Shown in pieces: positions 47,400 through 55,535 of a DNA stretch of 64,000 bases. Position numbers and translations under genes: made by a program. The DNA is from an uncultured Candidatus Saccharibacteria bacterium (GTDB taxonomy: Bacteria > Patescibacteriota > Saccharimonadia > Saccharimonadales > Saccharimonadaceae). The notes under the pieces were generated by a model, which worked only from the letters and a program-made list of their open reading frames with translations, was not told the DNA's origin and made no database searches. The DNA is taken from positions 7,373 through 71,372 of the forward strand of contig CAZRGZ010000004.1 of assembly GCA_964599775.1 (NCBI GenBank). Direction: 5' to 3'. Within the stretch, counting starts at the first letter, position 1. Each line of letters begins with the position of its first letter.

Positions 47400-48352
47400 T
47401 GAATATGAGTGAAAAATCTAAGTATCCCATGTTGAACCCGGAGAGATTTGATAGAAATCTTGGTTTTATGACAGAGAGAGACCGCCATACACTTAACAAT
47501 TCGACTGTGGCAATTGCTGGTACGGGGGGCGATGGGGGTGAACTCGCGGTGAGACTAGCGCGAATGGGGGTAAGGAAATTTCACTTAGCTGATCCAGAAT
47601 CATTTGATATTGAAAATTTGAATCGACAAGAAGGCTCGAATTATGAAACTGTTGGTCGCAATAAGGCAGAAGTGGTCGCAGAGATTATTCAAAAAATTCA
47701 TCCTGACGCTGAGATTAAATTATATAGAGATGGCGTCACTGAGGAGAACGTGGAAGAATTTATTCACGGGACAGATGTAGTGGTTGACGAGAGTGAATAT
47801 ACTCGTATTGAAATAGGTGTTATGATTGCGCGTGAAGCTCGCAAGGAGAACCTACCTGTGTTTATGGGTTTGAATGTAGGTCATGGTGGACAAGTAACCG
47901 TTTATCCACCGTGGGGGAAAACTTTTGAAGAACATTTTGGTTTAGACCCCAACGCGCCTTTAGACGAAATTGCAAAAGCTGATGTTCCTATTGATAAATG
48001 GCTACATCGGCTACCTAAAGATACGGATATGGATGTTTTGAATGAGGTTGCAGAAGGTAATATATCAGCGCCCTCTGTAGTGACAGGAGTAGGGATGGCC
48101 GCAAATATGATGACTGCCTATGTGTCGGATTTTCTCATTGCTAAAGGTATAGAGGATCCGGTTGAAAAGCAGAAAAGATTGAAGGGGCTATTAAGCATTG
48201 ATGCGAACTTAGGCCGTTCTCGCTTTATGGATGCTCACGGAGAAAGTGTAGCAATAAGAAATAAAAAACTAAGCTTGGGCTTTTCAGCTCTTCGTGCAAC
48301 TGCTAGAAATAAGTTAGGTTTAACACCCAAAACCCATTACACAAAAAGTTAG
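47399..48352 (+). CDS. ThiF/MoeB/E1-like adenylyltransferase
   Basis: Nucleotide-binding AIAGTGGDGGELAVRLARMGV, DIENLNRQ, DVVVDESE. The ATG overlaps the upstream stop (TAATG). Confidence 0.75.
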   Translation: MNMSEKSKYPMLNPERFDRNLGFMTERDRHTLNNSTVAIAGTGGDGGELAVRLARMGVRKFHLADPESFDIENLNRQEGSNYETVGRNKAEVVAEIIQKIHPDAEIKLYRDGVTEENVEEFIHGTDVVVDESEYTRIEIGVMIAREARKENLPVFMGLNVGHGGQVTVYPPWGKTFEEHFGLDPNAPLDEIAKADVPIDKWLHRLPKDTDMDVLNEVAEGNISAPSVVTGVGMAANMMTAYVSDFLIAKGIEDPVEKQKRLKGLLSIDANLGRSRFMDAHGESVAIRNKKLSLGFSALRATARNKLGLTPKTHYTKS

Positions 48353-48391
48353 CATATGCTTTTTAGATTTTAACGTATATAATAACAGTAA

Positions 48392-50614
48392 ATGTCTGTT
48401 GAGTTGTTCATCATCAATCTTGTCAGTGCGCTCGTTATACTTTTCTTTATAGCGCTTGTTGCCCGAACAGGACTAGCAAAACCTCTCAATCGTAATTTTC
48501 TCTACTTTTTAATTGCACTTCTTGGCTGGGTTGTACTTAACTATTTTAGCAATCAAATTTTCCTTGATGAATGGCTTTTATTAATCAACCGGTTACTCTT
48601 TGTTGTTTCTGCGGTAACTATGGGATTAATGCTGCGTTTCTGTCTTTTCATCAGAGGCACACAGCAATTTTTTTCAAGAGATCTAGTATTGTTAAGTCTA
48701 ATTCTATTAGCAGTTGCCATATCCTTGACGCCGTTAGTCGTAGAAGATGTGAGCGGTAGAGGGGATGTCATAGGGGTTGTATTTGGATGGGCTGCTCCTG
48801 TCTACTTTGCAATACTTGGTATATTTGCAATTTGGATTATTACACGGTTATATATTGATGCAATTAAGGCGAGCGGTCTTGTGCGAGCACGGGCGCGGGC
48901 ATTATCTATTGCCTTTGGTCTAGGGCTTGGGCTACTTGCTATAACGAATGTTTTGCTGCCTACAATGTTTGACCTTTTCTACTTAAGTGCAATGGGCTCT
49001 CTTTTTATTGTTGTGATGCTTTCTGGAGTAGGATATTCTATTGTGAAGCATCATTTTCTTGATATACGATTATTTATTGCTCGTTCATTAGCCTACATAT
49101 TTACTATTGTTGTTCTGGCACTTTTATATAGTGTCTTAACTTTTGGTTTACTGACGCAAATCACTGGAGAAGCTCTTTCGTTAGCTCATGAAATTATTTA
49201 TTTCCTAATAGCATTAGTGTTAGGGCTTACGTTCGCGCCTATGAAGCGCTTTTTTGATAAACTTAGTGATAGGATTTTCTATAAGGATCACTACGAAATA
49301 CAAGAAGTCTTAAATTTCTTTAGTGAACTAATGCTTGGCGAGATACGACTTGACAAGCTCTTAAACGGGAGCCTAAAAATTCTTGGTGACTCACTGAAAT
49401 TTGATTTTGGTTATATATGTGTAGTTGATGAGCAAAATCGAATTGTTAAGCAAGAAAGCACAGATGATAAAGAAGTCTCAATTGGTGAGCTAGCTGCTAG
49501 TCTCGGGCCTCGTTACCAAGGCAGCATAGTAGTTAACAATTCTTTCAACGGAGTTAGCCAAGTGCCTAAAAGATTGCAAAAATTTTTGAGCGCAAACGGT
49601 ATAGAGGTAGTTCTCAATTTAAGAACTCCCGCAAATAGTTCAATTGGATATGTACTGCTTGGTGCGAAGAGGTCTGGTAGCATTTATACAGATCAGGATA
49701 TAAGACTTCTTAATCTAATTGCGAGTGCTCTAGGTGTTGCTATTGAAAGTAGTCTCCGTTTCGAAGAAATCCAAAACTTCAACGAAACGCTACAAGACAA
49801 GGTTGACGCAGCGACGCGGCGGCTGCGCAAGGCGAATGAGCGTTTGCGGCAGCTTGATGCTACGAAGGATGAGTTTGTGAGCATGGCATCGCACCAGCTA
49901 CGCACGCCACTGACGAGCGTGAAGGGGTATTTAAGTATGGTGTTAGAGGGTGACGCAGGTAAGTTAAATCCCACGCAGGAGAAGCTTTTAAAAGAGGCAT
50001 TTACGAGTTCGGAACGCATGGTGCGATTAATCGGCGACTTTTTGAATGTATCACGCCTGAGAACGGGTAAATTCGTGATAGAGCGCAAACCAGTAAATAT
50101 GGCTGAACTTGTAAAAGGTGAAGTGACACAGCTAAAGCCAACGGCGGAAGCACGAGAGCTAAGCTTGACCTACGAACAACCGAAGGATTTCCCTGAAATG
50201 GATATCGATAAAAGCAAAATCCAGCAGGTGGTGATGAACTTTCTCGATAATGCAATTTTCTACTCGAAACCAGGTGGGAAGATAACTGTCGAGCTGTATC
50301 AGAAACAAAATGATATTATTTTTAAGGTAAAAGACCAAGGTATTGGGGTGCCCGACGACGAGAAGAAACGCTTGTTTACCAAGTTTTACCGTGCCAGTAA
50401 TGCCCGTAAGCAGCGACCAGATGGTACTGGTATTGGGCTATTCATGGCGCAAAAAGTAATTATTGCCCATGGTGGGGCGGTGATCTTTGAGTCAAAAGAA
50501 GGCGAGGGGAGTACCTTTGGTTTCCGGTTGCCCTTGAAGCTATCTGCCGCCGATAAAGAACGGGCAGAAAGCGTGACGAATGAAATGAACCTGCTCGAAG
50601 GTATAACAGAATAG
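48392..50614 (+). CDS. Membrane sensor histidine kinase with GAF-like domain
   Basis: About 8 N-terminal TM helices and a GAF-like middle domain. H-box FVSMASHQLRTPLTSV, N-box NFLDNAIFYS, G1 DQGIGV, G2 GTGIGL. Confidence 0.9.
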   Translation: MSVELFIINLVSALVILFFIALVARTGLAKPLNRNFLYFLIALLGWVVLNYFSNQIFLDEWLLLINRLLFVVSAVTMGLMLRFCLFIRGTQQFFSRDLVLLSLILLAVAISLTPLVVEDVSGRGDVIGVVFGWAAPVYFAILGIFAIWIITRLYIDAIKASGLVRARARALSIAFGLGLGLLAITNVLLPTMFDLFYLSAMGSLFIVVMLSGVGYSIVKHHFLDIRLFIARSLAYIFTIVVLALLYSVLTFGLLTQITGEALSLAHEIIYFLIALVLGLTFAPMKRFFDKLSDRIFYKDHYEIQEVLNFFSELMLGEIRLDKLLNGSLKILGDSLKFDFGYICVVDEQNRIVKQESTDDKEVSIGELAASLGPRYQGSIVVNNSFNGVSQVPKRLQKFLSANGIEVVLNLRTPANSSIGYVLLGAKRSGSIYTDQDIRLLNLIASALGVAIESSLRFEEIQNFNETLQDKVDAATRRLRKANERLRQLDATKDEFVSMASHQLRTPLTSVKGYLSMVLEGDAGKLNPTQEKLLKEAFTSSERMVRLIGDFLNVSRLRTGKFVIERKPVNMAELVKGEVTQLKPTAEARELSLTYEQPKDFPEMDIDKSKIQQVVMNFLDNAIFYSKPGGKITVELYQKQNDIIFKVKDQGIGVPDDEKKRLFTKFYRASNARKQRPDGTGIGLFMAQKVIIAHGGAVIFESKEGEGSTFGFRLPLKLSAADKERAESVTNEMNLLEGITE

Positions 50615-50615
50615 A

Positions 50616-50837
50616 TTATAGAATAATTCGGAATAGTTCAATTAGCAGCCACACGATAACGGCCACTACTAAGATAACAATCAAGAGCGGCTTTAAGAAA
50701 GCTTTCTTATCGTGCCACCACTGGCCAATTTTACTGCGCTGTACTGCCTTGTATTTATGTACGGTCGGCCGATCAGGTGCCGCTGCATCTTGCCCGCTAT
50801 ATGCTTTGTTGCGTTTCTTCTTGTTTCGTTGTGCCAT
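50616..50837 (-). CDS. Small basic single-pass membrane protein
   Basis: 73 aa with a K/R-rich N-terminus and one C-terminal helix. A TATAAT-like box lies about 10 nt upstream. Confidence 0.5.
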   Translation of the reverse strand: MAQRNKKKRNKAYSGQDAAAPDRPTVHKYKAVQRSKIGQWWHDKKAFLKPLLIVILVVAVIVWLLIELFRIIL

Positions 50838-50972
50838 AGTTACTATGTATTATACCAGAAAACACTCCTAGAAAAAGGAGTGTTGTACGGAGCGGTCAGG
50901 CTTATGTAGATAACTATACTGCATGTGCCGTGCAGATGCAAGCACAAGCGATGTGTATCATAGAAACAAAAA

Positions 50973-51040
50973 ATGCAGTGTGGTGAGAATGAACTGAGAA
51001 GTAAGCGGCAACACTTCCAGTCATTCCCACCACGCTGCAT
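50973..51040. other. Long imperfect hairpin (about 28 bp), candidate structured RNA
   Basis: ATGCAGTGTGGTGAGAATGA (50973-50992) pairs with TCATTCCCACCACGCTGCAT (51021-51040). The inner extension CTG-GAAGT/ACTTC-CAG closes a 10-nt loop. It sits in a 446-bp intergenic region. Confidence 0.4.
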
Positions 51041-51228
51041 TCTTAGCGTGTGGGGCGAGGGTTTTATGTGGCCGCTTCCTCGTTTACTCATACACACATC
51101 TTATGTGTATGTATCTATATTAGCACCCTAAGTATGGAATGTCAATAACTTTTTTATAGTTATTATATTTTTTATACTAACAGTGTTTTAGGGTGGTTTC
51201 ACCTCTGTTTAGGTCATCATATCATAAC

Positions 51229-51258
51229 AAAAACTCCCCTTTTTGAAAAGGGGAGTTT
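51229..51258 (-). terminator. Hairpin after 51284..52927
   Basis: AAAACTCCCCTTTT-GAA-AAGGGGAGTTT. Confidence 0.75.
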
Positions 51259-51283
51259 GTTGTGTTTTTGTAATCTGCAGAGA

Positions 51284-52927
51284 TTACCGGTTGAACATTT
51301 TACCAAGTAGTTCACGGCGGCTCATGAAGTAGTAGTAACTTGCAGCACCGATAGAACCGATTCCAGCGAATGCGCCGATGAGGCTACCCGCACCGGTCTC
51401 AGGGATCACGGTAGGGGTTTCTTCACCTTTACCACCTTTTGGCTCTTCGGGAGTTTTTGGCTCCTCAGGAGTTACAGGGGTTTCGCCACAGTCTTTGCTG
51501 TCAGCTGGCAGCTCAGGGTTTTCTGGGCAAGGCTCGTAGCAGTCTTCGCTATCTTTTGGTAGCTCTGGGTTGTAAGGACATTTTGGCTCTTCACAATCCG
51601 GGTGGTCGATAGGCAACTCTGGATTGTAAGGGCAAGGTTCCTTAGGTTCCTCACAGTCTGGGTGGCCAACAGGCAACTCAGGGTTGTAAGGGCAGGGCTC
51701 TTCTTTGTCAGGAGAAGCCGTAACGCTTACTTCACAGTTCACACTTTTTACTGCACCGTCAACGTTGAATTTCAAGGTTGCGGTAGTAGTGTAGTCACCA
51801 GCTGCGGCGTAAGTGTGGGTCACGTTACCAAGCTCGCTTGGGGTAACACCATTCTTGCTGTTGCCGTCGCCGAAGTTAAAGTCTACACTGGTGAGTTCTG
51901 CACCGTTTTCAGCGGTGTACTCAAGGTTGTATTTGTAGGTGCGGTCAGTGACTTCACCGATTAGCTGTGCAGCCAGGGCGTCACAGTCATAAACTGGTGG
52001 TTGTGGTTCCTTACAGTCAGGGTGATCCTTAGGCAAGTCTGGATTGTAAGGGCAAGGTTCTGGTGCTTTACAATCTGGGTGGCCTTTTGGCAACTTAGGG
52101 TTGTAAGGACACGGTTCTGCCTTTACGTTGATTTTCGTCACACAGTGGCCTTCACTAGTTGTTTTAGTCTTGCCATCGTGTGTTTTAAAGGTTACTGCCG
52201 CTTTAATAGTGTATTCACCAGGAGTGGTTTGAGTGTAGCGGTAGTTCTTGCTGTTGCTGGTTTTAGAAGCAACTTTTTTGCCGCTAGCATCGTAGACGTT
52301 AAAGGTAACGCTCTTGAAAGATGCACGGTGCTGGCTGGTTGCAACAGACAGGTCGTAACGTGTACGGTCAACTTTCTGTGCGCTTAAGCCTTCACATTTG
52401 TAGGCAACTTTTGGCTTGGGCTTTGCCTTTACGGGGTTACCACAAGATGTAATAACGGCAGATTTAAACTCGCCATGTTGGTCGAAGAAGATGAAAGCTT
52501 TGATAGAGTTACTGCCGAAGCTAACACTCGTTTTACGCTCGTAGAACGTCTTACCACCAATAGTTACTTTGCTACTGCCAGGCATATAGTGTCGGCCAAC
52601 GCTTTTCGCGCCAGTGGCAACTACTTTACCGTCGACAACGACGTCACCGTTCTTTCGTACTTCACCAGCTTTGGCGCTAGAGAAGTTAGTAGGGACGTTG
52701 TAGTGCTTGAAGACAGCTGGCAAGTCACCTGTTTTATTCTCTTTATACTTTTTGGACAGTTCGCTTGAGCTACATGCCCCATTCTTTATAATGGCATTGT
52801 TGTCATTGTCGCGAGCACAGTTGCCAAAGCTCGTTGCCTCTGCGGGGGATGCAATTGCAAAGTAGGCGAAAATTCCACCGACTATAATTGCCAACCCAGC
52901 CACAAGGGCTAGTAATTTCTTCCTCAT
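51284..52927 (-). CDS. Surface protein with PKD-like domain, CPYNPxLPxxHPDC tandem repeats and IPETG sorting signal
   Basis: Start trimmed to MRKKLLALVAGLAII with a GAGGAGG SD. PKD hallmark FNFGDGNS...THTYAAAGDY. Seven Cys-Pro repeats. IPETG (51392-51406) is followed by a hydrophobic segment and a basic tail. Confidence 0.8.
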   Translation of the reverse strand: MRKKLLALVAGLAIIVGGIFAYFAIASPAEATSFGNCARDNDNNAIIKNGACSSSELSKKYKENKTGDLPAVFKHYNVPTNFSSAKAGEVRKNGDVVVDGKVVATGAKSVGRHYMPGSSKVTIGGKTFYERKTSVSFGSNSIKAFIFFDQHGEFKSAVITSCGNPVKAKPKPKVAYKCEGLSAQKVDRTRYDLSVATSQHRASFKSVTFNVYDASGKKVASKTSNSKNYRYTQTTPGEYTIKAAVTFKTHDGKTKTTSEGHCVTKINVKAEPCPYNPKLPKGHPDCKAPEPCPYNPDLPKDHPDCKEPQPPVYDCDALAAQLIGEVTDRTYKYNLEYTAENGAELTSVDFNFGDGNSKNGVTPSELGNVTHTYAAAGDYTTTATLKFNVDGAVKSVNCEVSVTASPDKEEPCPYNPELPVGHPDCEEPKEPCPYNPELPIDHPDCEEPKCPYNPELPKDSEDCYEPCPENPELPADSKDCGETPVTPEEPKTPEEPKGGKGEETPTVIPETGAGSLIGAFAGIGSIGAASYYYFMSRRELLGKMFNR

Positions 52928-53124
52928 TGGTACACTCCTCCTCTGGAATTCAATAAGTGTTGATATTATTAAAGCACAAAAGCTTAAAAAAATCAATACC
53001 TTTTAGTACTTTTTTGCATAAATTACGAAAAACTTATGCTTTTTGGTACCTTTTCCGATTGATTGTCCACCTATCGCATTATATAATGAAGACAACATAA
53101 AAAGGCATCAGGATCTGTTGTTAA

Positions 53125-53532
53125 ATGATCATTTCGCGAAATAAACAACAATATGGCTTCACAATAATAGAGTTATTGGTCATTATTGTGGTCATTGGGG
53201 TCCTGGCAGGTCTGGTGGTGGCTGGGTATACGACTATACAGCGGAGTACCGTGAATGCTTCTATAGAGTCTGACTTGCGTTCCATGGCAGACCTACAAGA
53301 GTTATACCGGCTTGATAACCCATCTGCAGCTGGTTTTGTGTATCCAAACGGCCCACAAGATAGTGAATTTGCGCCCAGCGAGGGCAATACTATTACGGTC
53401 ACTTTGCGTAACGGCGGCTATTGCATAAAAGGATATAACAGCGCTGGTTCATTTAGTAACCCTAGTAGTGCCATGACGTACGATTCTTTGGCTGGAGGGT
53501 TAAACAAAACGGGTAATGCCTGTGAGCCCTAG
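53125..53532 (+). CDS. Type IV pilin-like protein
   Basis: QQYGFTIIELLVIIVVIGVLAGLVVAGY prepilin motif. Confidence 0.85.
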   Translation: MIISRNKQQYGFTIIELLVIIVVIGVLAGLVVAGYTTIQRSTVNASIESDLRSMADLQELYRLDNPSAAGFVYPNGPQDSEFAPSEGNTITVTLRNGGYCIKGYNSAGSFSNPSSAMTYDSLAGGLNKTGNACEP

Positions 53533-53615
53533 TGTTGGAAGCTGCGCCAAAGCTATCTAGACAAAACGGCGATAGTTTGCTATATTATATCAGTCATCAG
53601 CATGATGCCACTTCT

Positions 53616-53690
53616 GGCCCCATCGTCTAGTGGTTAGGACACCAGGTTTTCATCCTGGCAACCGGAGTTCGATTCTCCGTGGGGTCACCA
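53616..53690 (+). tRNA. tRNA-Glu (anticodon TTC)
   Basis: GGCCCCA acceptor, anticodon stem-loop CCAGG-TTTTCAT-CCTGG, T-arm CGGAGTTCGATTCTCCG, encoded CCA. Confidence 0.9.
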
Positions 53691-53730
53691 AAGTAAAATA
53701 CCCATCTCATGATGGGTATTTTACTTTGGT
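53685..53730 (+). repeat. Direct repeat copy 1 (tRNA-Glu 3' end plus hairpin)
   Basis: TCACCAAAGTAAAATACCCATCTCATGATGGGTATTTTACTTTGGT is identical to 55351-55396. It contains a 15-bp hairpin that also serves as the tRNA terminator. Confidence 0.9.
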
Positions 53731-53837
53731 GATTCTTCCTAGTGAATTGAACTTCGATTGCGCGACGCTCTAGCGTCGCAAGTAACCGTGGTTTGTTAAT
53801 TAAAGCGATTGCGCAAATCTGATATTAAACTTTAGAA

Positions 53838-54410
53838 CTAGTCCTTATGGCAGATAAAGACCACCATACCACCCTCTTCAACAATGGCAACATCGACAAA
53901 TCTGGCACGGAGTTCATGTGACGTTGCTTCAAAGTCCACTGAGATCGGTCTCGCCTCATCAGCTCGCCGATGCACAGGAGTAATGACCACGAAAGTACCT
54001 TTTGGAGATAGAAGCTTATCGACACGATCTAAAAACACTGCGCGATCTTTAATAAATGCGTACACTAGCTTGCATGTAATAAGAGAGAAGGGCTGTATTG
54101 GCAGCTTGTCGATATCATCCTTCTCGATATCAAATTGAAGATAGTGCAACTCGTCGCTCCTCGTAGTAAGCGATTTTGCCAATCGTATAGCACTAAGTGA
54201 AATATCCACACCAACACACTCATAGCCACGATGATTAAGTTCCCTCGTGAGTTGACCGGTGCCACAACCGATATCTAAACAAATCTTCTTCAAGCTTTGA
54301 TCAGTATGTTCGAGCATAGTAGTTAACAAGCGGGAAGGGATCAGACGAAAATCTGCGTTTTTATCGTAGTAGGCGCTCCAGTGTTTGTCTAAATCGGTTT
54401 GCATATACAT
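53838..54410 (-). CDS. Class I SAM-dependent methyltransferase
   Basis: Motif I LDIGCGTGQLTRELNHRG, then CVGVDIS, 190 aa. Confidence 0.8.
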   Translation of the reverse strand: MYMQTDLDKHWSAYYDKNADFRLIPSRLLTTMLEHTDQSLKKICLDIGCGTGQLTRELNHRGYECVGVDISLSAIRLAKSLTTRSDELHYLQFDIEKDDIDKLPIQPFSLITCKLVYAFIKDRAVFLDRVDKLLSPKGTFVVITPVHRRADEARPISVDFEATSHELRARFVDVAIVEEGGMVVFICHKD

Positions 54411-54529
54411 TGATAATACTATAAATCCTCTAAAAAAGCGGAAAGCCCCCGTCCGCCACCACCCTGAGGGCAGCGGCGAACGGGGGTGACGCCTGTTCCG
54501 CCGATCTTCAGCGGTTCAGAACATCAGTG

Positions 54530-55036
54530 TCAGTGCTGGCAGCCGGAGTCGCCGTCCCCGCCACCGCCGCTGCACGAGTCGCCGCTGCAGTAGCCGCTGC
54601 AGTAGCTGCTGCAGTCGTGGCCCGTGTTGGCCCACAGCGGCTCGTCGACGATGAAGCCGTACTGCTTGAGCGCGGCGACCGTCCGCGCGATGTTGCCGGT
54701 GCCGTAGTCCACACCCTCCTCGTCGGAGGGCGCGTGGTGGATGAACTGACCCCCCACCCTCTGACAGAACGCCGCGTACTCGCGGGTGTAGAGGATGAAG
54801 GTGTGCCAGCCGATGTCCACCAGCGGCGAGGGCGAGTAGTGGCCGTTCGGGACCTTGGCGCAGAGCGCCAGGAAGCCGAGGGCCTGGTCCATGACGCGCT
54901 CGGCGAGCGGGCGCTCCATGTTCTCGTCCTTGACGATCCGGTTGACGAGCCTGTTCCACAGGCTCTCGTCGATGAGGCCCTTGTTGGTCGGCGCGGTGCC
55001 GACCGGGGTCTCGACGACGGTGGTTCCCACGGTCAT
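54530..55036 (-). CDS. High-GC islet F: GRDP/DUF1399-like protein (tentative) with Cys/Gly/Ser-rich tail
   Basis: Start trimmed to MTVGTTVV with a GAAGGGA SD. VDIGWHTFILYTREYAAFC resembles the glycine-rich-domain-protein-like core. The tail reads GHDCSSYCSGYCSGDSCSGGGGDGDSGCQH. Very high GC3. Confidence 0.5.
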   Translation of the reverse strand: MTVGTTVVETPVGTAPTNKGLIDESLWNRLVNRIVKDENMERPLAERVMDQALGFLALCAKVPNGHYSPSPLVDIGWHTFILYTREYAAFCQRVGGQFIHHAPSDEEGVDYGTGNIARTVAALKQYGFIVDEPLWANTGHDCSSYCSGYCSGDSCSGGGGDGDSGCQH

Positions 55037-55350
55037 TACCGTGTTCCCTTCACTTGACACAGACACACTTTTGTATGTCTAATAAATATTTTATAACTCA
55101 AATTACCTCAATTGCATATGGTGGAATTTACAACGAATGCAACATCGAGAGTCTATAACCCTCAATACGCATTAAAAGACGACACTCCTGTGAGTCACGA
55201 CGAATGGAGACGGCATAATTGCTACTGGGTATCAGCATGCATAGGGTCAGCCAAGTCTCTGAATAGTTTCGCTATACACCAGCTCTTCTAAGCTTCCGCT
55301 TAATCGACATAGAGCTAGGTGTAAAGTGTTCCAGTTTTTACCCCGCAGGC

Positions 55351-55396
55351 TCACCAAAGTAAAATACCCATCTCATGATGGGTATTTTACTTTGGT
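55351..55396 (+). repeat. Direct repeat copy 2
   Basis: Perfect 46-nt copy of 53685-53730. About 33 further nt downstream are roughly 70% similar to the sequence after copy 1. Confidence 0.9.
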
Positions 55397-55535
55397 TGTC
55401 TTCGTGGAGTTGAACTCCGGTTGCGCTGTAAAGTGGGCTGAGGTCATAATGGGTACTCATCTTCTTATTGTAGCAATAAGAGCTTATTCCGCCCCTTGTA
55501 TAATAATTACTAAATTATGTTATAATTTCCTAATT

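Noticed and set aside
46581-48352. The GNAT plus ThiF pair as a microcin C-like (MccB/MccE) peptide-nucleotide antibiotic cluster.
   Set aside because: The ThiF-like protein lacks the about 90-aa N-terminal peptide-clamp extension of MccB. No tiny precursor ORF ending in Asn or exporter gene was seen nearby. The GNAT looks LuxI/FeeM-like rather than MccE-like.
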